NCBI GenBank assembly: GCA_965230295.1
Contig: OZ246001.1
Span: 3,328,001-3,392,000, forward strand
Length of the DNA stretch: 64,000 bases
Source of the DNA: Marinicella sp.
GTDB taxonomy: Bacteria; Pseudomonadota; Gammaproteobacteria; Xanthomonadales; Marinicellaceae
Direction: 5' to 3'
The translations under genes and the position numbers were made by a program. Positions 39,421-49,302 of the stretch are shown here, piece after piece (position 1 is the stretch's first letter; the number at the start of each line of letters is the position of its first letter). The notes under the pieces are model-generated. The model was given only the letters and a program-made list of their open reading frames with translations. It was not told the DNA's origin and ran no database searches.

Positions 39421-39959
39421 AATATTTAAAGCATAAAAATCAGTTGGGTGGATCAAGAGCAAGCGGATTTACACTGTTAGAAGTGTTGGTGGCCGTATTG
39501 GTCTTTTCGTTTGGCATGTTAGGTATTGCCGGTTTGATGTCAATTTCTGTGAAAAACAACCACAATGGCTATTTACGCTCACAAGCCAATTTTCTGGCAG
39601 AAAACATGGTGGACCGCATGCGGGCCAACCCGGTTGCATTGTGGAATGATGATTATACTGGAACCGCTGCTACAGGTGCCAGTAACTGTGATTCGCCTTG
39701 TACCTATGCAGAACTGGCCACCTATGATATGGAACAATGGGCGCAAAGTTTGTCTTTCATCTTGCCCAATGCGGTGGGCACCATTGCCTGTGTCAGAAAC
39801 ACCAATTTACCGACGAGCATTTCATTGGCAGATCCTCCTTCCATCTGGTTCCCTGCACCTCCATACTCTGGTGTTTGTACGGTGACCGTTTCTTGGACTG
39901 AGTCTAATCGGGATGGCGCTGCCGATGCCCAAACATTAACTATGGTGGTACAGCCATGA
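39417..39959 (+). CDS. pilV: Type IV minor pilin PilV
   Basis: GFTLLEVLVA, RSQA, DRMRAN. Confidence 0.93.
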   Translation: MKYLKHKNQLGGSRASGFTLLEVLVAVLVFSFGMLGIAGLMSISVKNNHNGYLRSQANFLAENMVDRMRANPVALWNDDYTGTAATGASNCDSPCTYAELATYDMEQWAQSLSFILPNAVGTIACVRNTNLPTSISLADPPSIWFPAPPYSGVCTVTVSWTESNRDGAADAQTLTMVVQP

Positions 39960-41293
39960 GAAATTCGGAAAACAACATGAAGAATAAACAGTTGGGCTTT
40001 TCTTTGATTGAATTGATGGTGGCCATGGTCATAGGTTTGATCATTCTGTTGGGTTTGGTGTCCTTGTTCACCAGTTCTAGTAACCTCAACAGGGCACAAA
40101 GTGGTTTGTCCGTCCTGCAGGAAAATGGTCGTTATGCCATGATGCGGATCAAACAAGACATCGAAAATGCCGGTAGAAAACATTGTGCCACTGTGGCACT
40201 GCCATCATCATTCACCACTGATTGGAATCAAGGTTATGAAATGTCCAGTTGGTTGATTGATCAAAGTATTGATATGACGACCTTGCCAAGTGGTTGGCCC
40301 AGAGCCAATCAAGTGATGCTGGATGATGCCAATGACAATGACCAGCTGAGTGATGGTACAGCCGCCGGGTTACTGGCTGCAGCCACTCCATACCCATTGG
40401 ATCCAGGCTTCTTTATTCGCGGGCATGAATGTGCTGGCAGTTCTTGTTTACCTGCCGTAGGGATATTGGGTGGTGATGACGCCACGAAACTCAGGAGTAT
40501 GGGTGTCACTTCAGGTAGTCGAGTACCCAGTACAGATATTTTAACAGTGCGTTATTTAACAGGTGGAACCCGAGTGACCAATGTCGATGCAACTACAAAT
40601 GTAGCGACCACCGAAACTTTGCCAACTGGTATCACAGGGAATGCCCTGATAGCAGATTGTAACACCGCCATGATGACCACCGCTACTTGGGGTGGGAGTG
40701 CAGTAACTTTAGGCCAAGTGCCATTCTTGGCAGTCGATTCAGACACGAAAGTGTTTAGCATGACCCAAGATTTCAAAACGGTCAGTTATTTTATTGGTGT
40801 TGATACAGACGTCAGTAATGCCAATCGCTTAGTCAGTTCCTTGTACCGAATGGAAAATGGAGTTGTGCAGCAATTGGTTGAAGGTGTAGAAAGGTTTGAT
40901 GTGTTTTATTTGGCCCAATTGCAAACTGGCCATGTGGCCAGACTCACTGCCGATCAAGTGCAAAATGTTCAAGGTGGTGGTGACAACAACAACGATGGTC
41001 TTATTGATCAAATCGAAGGTTGTGTTATTCAACCAACAACAGCCTCACTGACCAATTACAAGTTGGCCAACGACGCTGGTTGTTTGTGGCGCTCGATCTA
41101 TGCCATTGAAGTTCATTTGTTGATGAATACCGTCAGTAACAGCACCCCGTTAGACAACGAAGTTTTTATCTATTCACCTGATGGATTGACACCACAAGAT
41201 CCCAGTTTAGGTTTGACCACTGGTCTGCCAGCTGAAAGGATGTATCGCAAAGAATTCTCAGCCATTGTTCCTATAAGGAGTTACACATTATGA
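39956..41293 (+). CDS. pilW: Type IV minor pilin PilW (long form)
   Basis: GFSLIELMVA, LQENGRYA, LVEGVE. Confidence 0.9.
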   Translation: MRNSENNMKNKQLGFSLIELMVAMVIGLIILLGLVSLFTSSSNLNRAQSGLSVLQENGRYAMMRIKQDIENAGRKHCATVALPSSFTTDWNQGYEMSSWLIDQSIDMTTLPSGWPRANQVMLDDANDNDQLSDGTAAGLLAAATPYPLDPGFFIRGHECAGSSCLPAVGILGGDDATKLRSMGVTSGSRVPSTDILTVRYLTGGTRVTNVDATTNVATTETLPTGITGNALIADCNTAMMTTATWGGSAVTLGQVPFLAVDSDTKVFSMTQDFKTVSYFIGVDTDVSNANRLVSSLYRMENGVVQQLVEGVERFDVFYLAQLQTGHVARLTADQVQNVQGGGDNNNDGLIDQIEGCVIQPTTASLTNYKLANDAGCLWRSIYAIEVHLLMNTVSNSTPLDNEVFIYSPDGLTPQDPSLGLTTGLPAERMYRKEFSAIVPIRSYTL

Positions 41294-41943
41294 GCATAAA
41301 TTTCAGAAAAAGAAAACAACAAGAAGGTGCCGCATTGGCTGTTGGCTTAATCCTGTTGTTAATCATCACCTTAATGGGCTATACCGGCATGAAAGGAACC
41401 ATCCTGCAAGAGAAAATGGCGGCTGGTTTGAAAAACAGGAGCATGGCCTATTCTGGCGCGCAAAGTGCGCTGCGAGCTGGCGAACAGTTCCTGTATAATT
41501 TGGTTGAAAGCACCAATGGCGTGGTGATAGAAGGTACAGCCGCTGGGTCATTGTCAAACATCTATTCCATGTACAACACGCCTGGAGTGGCTTCATCTGG
41601 CTTGAACACAACAGTTGAGAATTTCATGCAAAATGATTGGTCCACACCCGGGTCATCTCCAGGTCACGACTATACTGCCAGCAGTTTCGTAGGCTCATCA
41701 TTGAGTGTTCAACCTGAATTCATGATTCAGCACATTCGAGGCACCAACGCTGGTGGTGCAGGATCCGCAAACATCACAGTCGAGTTCGGTAACTACGGTG
41801 CCGGCGGCGGCGGTGGAGGCGGTTCGTCTCCACAGCAATCCACGTTTCTAATCACAGGTAAAAGCAGAAGTGGTGATGGTAAATCATTTGCCATGCTTCA
41901 ATCGGTTTATACAGCTGTACCCAACAGCTCGCCCAGTCAATAA
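41290..41943 (+). CDS. pilX: Type IV minor pilin PilX
   Basis: QEGAALAVGLILL (no E5), QEKMA, ALRAGE. Confidence 0.92.
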   Translation: MSINFRKRKQQEGAALAVGLILLLIITLMGYTGMKGTILQEKMAAGLKNRSMAYSGAQSALRAGEQFLYNLVESTNGVVIEGTAAGSLSNIYSMYNTPGVASSGLNTTVENFMQNDWSTPGSSPGHDYTASSFVGSSLSVQPEFMIQHIRGTNAGGAGSANITVEFGNYGAGGGGGGGSSPQQSTFLITGKSRSGDGKSFAMLQSVYTAVPNSSPSQ

Positions 41944-41955
41944 TCAGAGGTTCAC

Positions 41956-44900
41956 ATGAAATTTTCTATACCATTAAAATTAACATTCATTTCAATCATG
42001 GTGATGCTTGCTGGCATCCGTTCATCTGATGCGTCGTTGTTGGATCTTTCTCATGACCCGTTGTTTTTGAATCAATCAGTGCCACCTGCCATTGCAGTGA
42101 CTTTTGATGATTCAGGCAGTATGGCTTGGGGCTTTATGGGACAAGGATTGAGTAACAGTGGCAACACCTACGACACGCGGGGTTTCACTGACCCGACCAT
42201 CAACAGGATTTATTTCAACCCCAACATCAATTACAGGCCACCGATTGGTGCCGATGGCGTTGAATTTCCTCAGTCCAGTTTTACAGCGGCCAGAGTCGAT
42301 GGTTTTGATTCGACTTCAGCCACAGTTAACCTGGCACAAAACTACATTCCAATTGCCCGTTATTATTACTACAGTGATGGTGATTATCAAATAAGGTTTG
42401 CCAGAACCCCCAATACCCCTGGTGTTGATACCGTTATTCAAGGTAACTGGAATGATGCTTATCCCAATGCAACCGCAAGAAATGCCACGGGCAGGGCAGC
42501 CTACTATTATTTGGGCAATACACTGGTTACAGTGCCTACAGCACAACGTCAAAACTTTGCCAACTGGTACACCTATTACAACACCCGTTTGAAGCTGGGT
42601 AAATCTGCGGTCAGTCGTTCCTTTTCAACCTTTGGTCCAACATTTAAAATAGCTTGGCAACAGTTGAATCGCAACACGGTGTTTCCTGACTTGGATAAAT
42701 TTGAAGGCACTCACCGTGATAATTTCTTCGATTGGTTGTTCGATGTCCCATCCAATGGTGGTACACCTTTGAGGAATGCATTTTTCAGGGCAGGTACCAA
42801 ATTCACCCAATTGTCCAGTTATGATTCTGATGACTTCAACACACGTTTGTCTTGTCAGCAGAACTTCCACATCGCTATATCTGATGGTGAGTGGAATCAG
42901 AACTTAGGTTTCACTTCTGATCAGGATGAAACCAATCGGGCCAAACTGGCGGGAGACACAGATGATTTATACGGTGCCTACGATGGCAATGGAGAACAGG
43001 CCATTTACCCATTCAGTGAAAACGGCACCACACTGTCTGACATCGCTTTTCATTTTTGGCACAGAGATTTGGTCCCCACCTTAAATAATAATGTTAAAAG
43101 GTTCAAAGGTGATTACACCGATGCCGATGGTGACGACATCATATTGAACCCTGGGGAAGATGAATGGGACAATGCGGCCTTTGTTTGGAACCCCAAAAAT
43201 GACCCTGCCTACTGGCAACATATGGTGACTTATAACATTGGTATGGGTCTAGAGGCATCGCGGGTATTGGAATACGAAGCAGGCTTGTGGACTTGTCCGA
43301 ATCAACCGACCATAACTGATTCAGCTGAAGCGGTATTGGCTGGCTTGAGGGGTGGTGATTGTAACTGGCCGCCAGCCACCAATGGTGCCAATAAAATTGA
43401 TGATGTGTGGCATTCTTCGCTCAACAGCCGCGGTGAATTTTTTGGCGCAGATGACCCGGACCAACTGACTGCTTCATTGAATGCAGTGGTGAACAGCATC
43501 TTGGAGCGTTTGTCTCGTGGTGGTTCATCAACCGTATCTTCTGGTGTGATCACATCAGGTACCCAGGCCTATACACCGGGCTTTGATTCTTCCAACTGGA
43601 CGGGTAACTTACTGGCCAGACCTGTTAATTCAGACGGAGAGTTTGGCAGTGTAATCTGGGACTTTGCTTGTAAATTAACAGGTGGTTTTTGTGATGCCAC
43701 TGGCGCCACTGAAACAAAACAAGTCAACCGCAATATTTATGCTTACGACACAACGATTGATGATGTGGTTAGGCTGGTACCTGGTATGGGGGGTAATCTT
43801 GAAGCTGAAATGGCAAGCAATGCCAGTGATGTCATCACTCGATTAGGTACCTCAGTAGATGACATCATCCGTTTCATTAATGGAGACAACGATGTTGAAA
43901 TTCAGGGTGGCGGTAACCTCAGGAATCGTGACAACAAACTGTCAGATGTGGTGCATGCCAGTCCGATCATTCAACGAGGTCCTGGTGAAGCTTTTGATGA
44001 CACAAGATGGCCTGATCCATCAGCTGAAAAAACGGCTTACGACAATGGTAATGGCTACATAGATTACAAAATTGATAATGCCAACCGCACCAATGTGGTG
44101 TACATAGGCAGTAATTCAGGCATGCTACATGCCATCTATACAGAAGGTCCAAATCGTGGTCAAGAGATCTGGGGCTATGTTCCTGCCAAGGCTTTTGACA
44201 ACCTGCACCGCCTGGTGGATCCGATTTATGAACACTGGTCATACGTGGACAACACCCCCATCTTGGCAGATGCCTTCCTCAATAACAAATGGAGGAGCTT
44301 GTTAATTGGTGGTATGCGTTATGGTGGTCAAGCTTATTATGCTTTGGACGTGACCAACCCAACTGCCATCAGACCGGATGTTTTGTGGGAATTTTCTGAC
44401 GAAAACGATGCGGACATGGGGTATTCCTATGGCAGGGCAAGTGTCGCCAGAATCTCCAGTACGGGTGACTGGGTGGCTTTGATACCCAATGGCTACAACA
44501 ACTCAGAAGATGATGGCATCAAAGGTGATGGTACAGCTGTACTCTACGTGGTTAGGCTTCGCGATGGACAATTATTGGCTAAATTGGATACCAATGTAGG
44601 TTCAGCCACCACCCCCAATGGTATGGCACCGGCGCAACCTGTTGACTCCATTTGGGAAAGTGGGATTGCAGTGGGTACAGATCAAGGTGCTGATTTTGCC
44701 TATGCAGGTGATTTGTACGGTAACCTGTGGCGCTTCGATTTTAGAAGCAGTAATTATTCAGATTGGGAGTCCAGTTCAAACATTGTTAAAGTGTTTGATG
44801 GTGGTACCATTATGGATAGACCCATCACCGAACAACCCCGTGTGCTTTCTTTTGATGCAACCGCTGCGGGTGAATTTCCAGCACTTGTATATGAGAGGGA

Positions 44901-45561
44901 TGCTTTGGTGATGTTTGGTACCGGTAAATACTTAGAAGTTTCAGACCGTTCCATCAGTTTACCTGCTGATCAGTATTTGATTGGCTTTGTTGATTCTATC
45001 GATAACACCAATGTGTTCGATGTGAGTTCTCCAGAACTGGTTCCTCAATCCATGAATGCCTCGATCATTTCAGGTAACGGTGGTGAGCAAGGTTTCCGGG
45101 AATTTACTACCAACAATAAGGTTAAATACACCGGTGGTGAATGGGGTTGGAAGTTAAGGCTTTCAGAACAAGGAGAACGCATGACGAACCCGATGAGTTT
45201 AATTGGCTCTGACATACTGTTGGCTGCGTCCACAGTGACGGCAGGCGTTGACCCATGTGAAGCCGGGGGTCGAAGTTGGTTACTGGCTGTAGGTCCTTTA
45301 CATGGCGCCACACCCAGGTCTGGCGAGATCTTTGAAATTGAAGTCACTACCAACGATGTCAATGGGGATCCACAAACTGAAGTGTTTGACGGTGCAGGTG
45401 TCTTGGTTCAAGACTTGATTGTGGGCAGGCCGCCCATCATTGAAAATCAAGGTGGTGGTAATTCAAACATCATCATTGAAGGCGCCGGATCGACAACAGT
45501 GATAGAATTTAAAAAATTCACCTGGCGCCGACGTAATTGGTCAGATTTGTTAACTGAGTGA
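41956..45561 (+). CDS. pilY1: Type IV pilus tip adhesin PilY1
   Basis: vWA MIDAS DDSGSM, GGTPL, GMLHA, YAGDLYGNLWRFD, FGTGKY. Confidence 0.95.
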   Translation: MKFSIPLKLTFISIMVMLAGIRSSDASLLDLSHDPLFLNQSVPPAIAVTFDDSGSMAWGFMGQGLSNSGNTYDTRGFTDPTINRIYFNPNINYRPPIGADGVEFPQSSFTAARVDGFDSTSATVNLAQNYIPIARYYYYSDGDYQIRFARTPNTPGVDTVIQGNWNDAYPNATARNATGRAAYYYLGNTLVTVPTAQRQNFANWYTYYNTRLKLGKSAVSRSFSTFGPTFKIAWQQLNRNTVFPDLDKFEGTHRDNFFDWLFDVPSNGGTPLRNAFFRAGTKFTQLSSYDSDDFNTRLSCQQNFHIAISDGEWNQNLGFTSDQDETNRAKLAGDTDDLYGAYDGNGEQAIYPFSENGTTLSDIAFHFWHRDLVPTLNNNVKRFKGDYTDADGDDIILNPGEDEWDNAAFVWNPKNDPAYWQHMVTYNIGMGLEASRVLEYEAGLWTCPNQPTITDSAEAVLAGLRGGDCNWPPATNGANKIDDVWHSSLNSRGEFFGADDPDQLTASLNAVVNSILERLSRGGSSTVSSGVITSGTQAYTPGFDSSNWTGNLLARPVNSDGEFGSVIWDFACKLTGGFCDATGATETKQVNRNIYAYDTTIDDVVRLVPGMGGNLEAEMASNASDVITRLGTSVDDIIRFINGDNDVEIQGGGNLRNRDNKLSDVVHASPIIQRGPGEAFDDTRWPDPSAEKTAYDNGNGYIDYKIDNANRTNVVYIGSNSGMLHAIYTEGPNRGQEIWGYVPAKAFDNLHRLVDPIYEHWSYVDNTPILADAFLNNKWRSLLIGGMRYGGQAYYALDVTNPTAIRPDVLWEFSDENDADMGYSYGRASVARISSTGDWVALIPNGYNNSEDDGIKGDGTAVLYVVRLRDGQLLAKLDTNVGSATTPNGMAPAQPVDSIWESGIAVGTDQGADFAYAGDLYGNLWRFDFRSSNYSDWESSSNIVKVFDGGTIMDRPITEQPRVLSFDATAAGEFPALVYERDALVMFGTGKYLEVSDRSISLPADQYLIGFVDSIDNTNVFDVSSPELVPQSMNASIISGNGGEQGFREFTTNNKVKYTGGEWGWKLRLSEQGERMTNPMSLIGSDILLAASTVTAGVDPCEAGGRSWLLAVGPLHGATPRSGEIFEIEVTTNDVNGDPQTEVFDGAGVLVQDLIVGRPPIIENQGGGNSNIIIEGAGSTTVIEFKKFTWRRRNWSDLLTE

Positions 45562-45569
45562 GAATTGAT

Positions 45570-45908
45570 ATGAAAAAATTAAATAAAATTTATATGTTTT
45601 TGTTGTTGTTATTGATTTCAGTTAATGCAATTTCAGAGCCTTCAGTGTCAGAACTGGTTTATGCAGAATTAGGTAAAGTAGATGCCAGATCCAACACGCT
45701 GGTGGTGGCTGGTAACACTTATAGCTATAAGTTGGACCTTGAAAACTCCAGTTATAAATCAGATCAAGACATGGCAACCAGCTTAAATTTAAGAGATCTT
45801 CGGCCCGGTAATATGTATTATTTTGAAATGATTTACAAAGGCCAAAACAAGAGGAATGCCCGATTTTCTGATATAATTTTTATATCAGAAAGTGCACCCT
45901 CGGAGTAG
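45570..45908 (+). CDS. Small exported protein in the PilY2 position
   Basis: Signal peptide; lies between pilY1 and pilE. Confidence 0.6.
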   Translation: MKKLNKIYMFLLLLLISVNAISEPSVSELVYAELGKVDARSNTLVVAGNTYSYKLDLENSSYKSDQDMATSLNLRDLRPGNMYYFEMIYKGQNKRNARFSDIIFISESAPSE

Positions 45909-45911
45909 ATT

Positions 45912-46322
45912 ATGAAGAAAACATCTGGCTTTACGCTGATCGAGTTGTTGGTAGTCATTGCAATCATTGCATTACTCGCCTCCTATGCTGTACCCAGCTA
46001 CCGCCAATATGTGGTCCAAAGCAAACGTGCTGAGGCACATGCCAAGTTACTTGAAGTAGCAGGTATGTATGAAAAATTTTATGCCAATACCAACACTTAT
46101 CCAACCAACGTGACTGGTGGCGGTACTGCATTGTCATTAAACAATTCATATTTACGCTGGGATGACTACCGAATCATCCAGGCCGGTAATTCTGGTGGGG
46201 CCACCTGGCGAATCCAAGCCAACGCGCGGAATGAACAGCGCAATGATGATCCAAGTTGCCAGCGTATATGGGTCGATAACTTAGGCCGCCGAGGGCCTAA
46301 TGACGAATGTTGGAACAACTGA
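45912..46322 (+). CDS. pilE: Type IV minor pilin PilE, copy 1
   Basis: GFTLIEL, PSYRQYV, RAEA, C-terminal C...CW. Confidence 0.92.
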   Translation: MKKTSGFTLIELLVVIAIIALLASYAVPSYRQYVVQSKRAEAHAKLLEVAGMYEKFYANTNTYPTNVTGGGTALSLNNSYLRWDDYRIIQAGNSGGATWRIQANARNEQRNDDPSCQRIWVDNLGRRGPNDECWNN

Positions 46323-46387
46323 ATGGCCAATTAATTGAAATTAATAGGGCGGGGTGATTATATTTTTTGATATAAATCCTCTACATG

Positions 46388-46420
46388 AAAAGCTGCCTGA
46401 ATAATGGCAGCTTTTTTTTT
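46388..46420 (+). terminator. Intrinsic terminator of the minor pilin operon
   Basis: AAAAGCTGCC-N8-GGCAGC followed by T9. Confidence 0.85.
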
Positions 46421-46793
46421 ATAAAATTTTAATCCTTGAATGCTCAGCAATGTTGTTGAGTCAATATTGATGATCTCATGATCAACTTAACATCGATATC
46501 TTTTGTCCCGATCATTTATTTTGTAAAACGTTGATATTGATTTATTAATAATTCCAAAAAAACCTTGGCAATCTTTGTTGATAATTTTCTTTGAATTGTC
46601 ATATAAAATGTCCATTCTTTTCGCATCGGGTGTCATTAAAACCCTGGATTTACACAAATATGACAAAATTTGTCATTAATCGGCTGTTTTGTGACCTGTT
46701 TCATTTAAATGATAGCCAATAAATGTTAGAGTAATTGATGAAAATCATGATAAATTAAACATATTTGTACATATTAAATCTTGGGAGTGTGCT

Positions 46794-47204
46794 ATGAAAA
46801 AAATGAAAGGGTTTACCCTGATTGAATTATTGATAGTGATAGGTATCATTGCTTTGTTGGCATCTTATGCAGTACCCAGTTATCGCGATTATGTAGTACA
46901 AAGCAAACGGGCTGAAGCCCATGCGAAGCTGCTTGAAGTTTCCGGAATGTATGAAAAATTTTATGCCAATACCAATAGTTACCCAACCAATGTGTCCGGT
47001 GGCGGTACGGCATTGTCTTTGAGCAACGATTTTCTTCAATGGGATGATTACACCATTTCTCAATCTGCCAATGCGGGAGTGGCTACTTGGCGAATTGAAG
47101 CCAGTGCACGAGGCGGGCAAAGTACCGATGATACCAACTGTGGAACCATTTGGTTAGATAATCTAGGTAACAGGGGTCCCAGTGATGAATGTTGGAATAA
47201 CTGA
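46794..47204 (+). CDS. pilE: Type IV minor pilin PilE, copy 2
   Basis: 136 aa, ungapped, 105/136 identical to copy 1 (manual count); GGAG SD. Confidence 0.92.
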   Translation: MKKMKGFTLIELLIVIGIIALLASYAVPSYRDYVVQSKRAEAHAKLLEVSGMYEKFYANTNSYPTNVSGGGTALSLSNDFLQWDDYTISQSANAGVATWRIEASARGGQSTDDTNCGTIWLDNLGNRGPSDECWNN

Positions 47205-47219
47205 ATAAAAAAATAAGTT

Positions 47220-47693
47220 TTATTCGGATTGGCCCTTCAGTAAACGTTGTTTCTGTCTGTTCCAGTCCCTTTCTTTTGAAGCTGCACGTTTATCGTGCAG
47301 CTTTTTACCTTGTGCCAGGATAACTTTCAACTTAACTTTTCCATTGATCCAATACAAGCTTCTGGCAACCAATGTGAGGCCCTTTCGCTCTACTGAGCCA
47401 ATGAGATGATTGATCTGATGGCGGTGTAACAGTAATTTTTTCAATCGATTGGGTTCAGCAACTATATGTGTGGATGCCGTATTCAACGGCGTCACATGAC
47501 AATTGGTTAAGTATATTTCTCCGTCTTTGATGAACACATAGCTTTCTGCCAGATTGACTTTACCAGCGCGCATGGATTTGACTTCCCAGCCCTGTAACTC
47601 AATGCCGGCTTCAAATTCTTCAATAAAATGGTATTCATGGGATGCCTTTTTGTTGACGACAATGGTATTATCCTTTTTCTTTGTTTTGGCCAT
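47220..47693 (-). CDS. smpB: SsrA-binding protein
   Basis: NKKASHEY, EAGIELQGWEVKS, GKKLHDKR. Confidence 0.99.
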   Translation of the reverse strand: MAKTKKKDNTIVVNKKASHEYHFIEEFEAGIELQGWEVKSMRAGKVNLAESYVFIKDGEIYLTNCHVTPLNTASTHIVAEPNRLKKLLLHRHQINHLIGSVERKGLTLVARSLYWINGKVKLKVILAQGKKLHDKRAASKERDWNRQKQRLLKGQSE

Positions 47694-47779
47694 GCAATGA
47701 GTGTAGTTTCTATGGATGCTAGATTTTATTTAATTTCTACCTAAATTGCACCCACGATATTTTAAATGAGACTAATACC

Positions 47780-48226
47780 ATGTCAGAAATCATAAAATCA
47801 GCCATTGTTCCATACAACAGTAAGCAAATGCTGGACCTTGTCAATGATGTTGAAAAGTATCCAGACTTTCTCAAGTGGTGTAAAAAAGGTTACATTGAAA
47901 GCGCTTTCGATGGAGGTTATACGGCTGGTATGACCATCAAAATAAAAGGTGTACAAGTTGATTTTGTGACAGAAAACAACATGGCTGAAGAGGGCGATTT
48001 GATCAACCTGTTCATGACTTTAGTCAGGGGGCCATTTAAAAACCTAACCGGTGAGTGGCGATTCCATCAATACCCTGAATTTGGTTCAAAAGTAGAATTA
48101 CAACTACAGTATGAAATCAAGTCTCAATTATTGGGTAGAATGTTTGCCAAGGGGTTTGATCAGGTGGCCGCTCATTTGGTCAATGATTTTGTTAACAGGG
48201 CAGGGGTGATTTATGCTGAAAATTGA
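47780..48226 (+). CDS. ratA: RatA/PasT (Coq10-like START domain)
   Basis: LVNDVEKYPDFLKWC, GPFKNLTGEWRF. Confidence 0.92.
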   Translation: MSEIIKSAIVPYNSKQMLDLVNDVEKYPDFLKWCKKGYIESAFDGGYTAGMTIKIKGVQVDFVTENNMAEEGDLINLFMTLVRGPFKNLTGEWRFHQYPEFGSKVELQLQYEIKSQLLGRMFAKGFDQVAAHLVNDFVNRAGVIYAEN

Positions 48227-48491
48227 ATTGATTTATGCCACTTTGGAACACCAGAACCTGCTTCAATTGAATGTGCCTGAAGGTTCAGACATCAGTTACT
48301 GTATCGAAACATCGGGGATTAAAAATCAATTCCCGGAAATTGATTTATCCACCATGAAAGTGGGTATTTTTAGTCAGGTTAAACCACTGAATCATTTGGT
48401 ACAATCAGGAGACAGGATAGAAATCTATAGACCCTTAATCGCTGACCCTAAAGCGGTTCGCAGAAAAAAAGCAGAAGCTGCTAAGAAATAA
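48213..48491 (+). CDS. ratB: RatB/RnfH ubiquitin-like protein
   Basis: GDRIEIYRPLIADPK. Confidence 0.92.
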   Translation: MLKIELIYATLEHQNLLQLNVPEGSDISYCIETSGIKNQFPEIDLSTMKVGIFSQVKPLNHLVQSGDRIEIYRPLIADPKAVRRKKAEAAKK

Positions 48492-48496
48492 ACGCC

Positions 48497-48832
48497 CTAG
48501 TCCACCTCAGTGGTGGTCACATCTTCTTTGTTTGGAAAGTAGTTACCTTCTGTTCTTACCAACTTATTGTCTTCAAAAAACAAACTCAGTTTCTTGATTT
48601 TTTTGAACTCACCTTTGACTTTGCTGGTGTTGATGTAATCCCATCGGTCTTGGTTGAATGGGTCAGCAACAGTGGGTGTACCCAGGATGATGACCACTTG
48701 TTGTTTGGACATGCCTGGTTTCACTTCATCTATGTCTTCCTGCTTTAAAATGTTGCCTTGTTGGACCGGTGTTTTGTAACAAGCTGTGAGTCCAGTAAAT
48801 GCAAGCAATGTGGCAATAAGAATAATTTTCAT
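48497..48832 (-). CDS. bamE: Outer membrane protein assembly factor BamE
   Basis: Lipobox LTAC, QQGN, GMSKQQV..LGTP, RWDY. Confidence 0.96.
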   Translation of the reverse strand: MKIILIATLLAFTGLTACYKTPVQQGNILKQEDIDEVKPGMSKQQVVIILGTPTVADPFNQDRWDYINTSKVKGEFKKIKKLSLFFEDNKLVRTEGNYFPNKEDVTTTEVD

Positions 48833-48903
48833 TTCAATAAGCTATTCAAAAATCAATCGAGAATGATACAATAAAATCTATTAAATAACAGTTAATTCTT
48901 GCG

Positions 48904-49302
48904 ATGAGCAAAAAAGAAATTAAAGAAGCCGGCTTAAAGGTTACCTTACCCAGATTACAAATACTCGAATTTTTAAGTAACAACAAGGGCAAGCACTTTA
49001 CTGCTGAAGACCTTTACGATGAAATGAAGTCTGCTGACCATGACATTGGACTGGCTACCATTTATCGTGTGCTTAACCAGTTTGAAACTGCAGGATTGGT
49101 CAGTAAAAACCAATTCGAAAACACCCAAGCGGTCTATGAATTGGATACAGGAGAACACCATGATCATATGGTGGATGTAGATACAGGAAAAGTACTCGAG
49201 TTTTATGATTCTGAACTAGAAAAGTTACAAGTGAAAATTGCCAATAAACACGGTTATGAATTGATTGATCACAAATTGGTCTTGTATGTAAAAAAGCAAT
49301 AA
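48904..49302 (+). CDS. fur: Ferric uptake regulator
   Basis: GLKVTLPR, IGLATIYRVL, HHDH. Confidence 0.98.
   Translation: MSKKEIKEAGLKVTLPRLQILEFLSNNKGKHFTAEDLYDEMKSADHDIGLATIYRVLNQFETAGLVSKNQFENTQAVYELDTGEHHDHMVDVDTGKVLEFYDSELEKLQVKIANKHGYELIDHKLVLYVKKQ

Noticed and set aside
46564-46580. sigma54 -24/-12 promoter upstream of pilE2 (TTGGCAATCTTTGTTG)
   Set aside because: The required GC is missing 10 bp after the GG
47205-47779. tmRNA (ssrA) next to smpB
   Set aside because: No space and no tRNA-like ends in the flanks
48859-48877. Fur box upstream of fur
   Set aside because: Only about 10/19 match to GATAATGATAATCATTATC in AT-rich DNA
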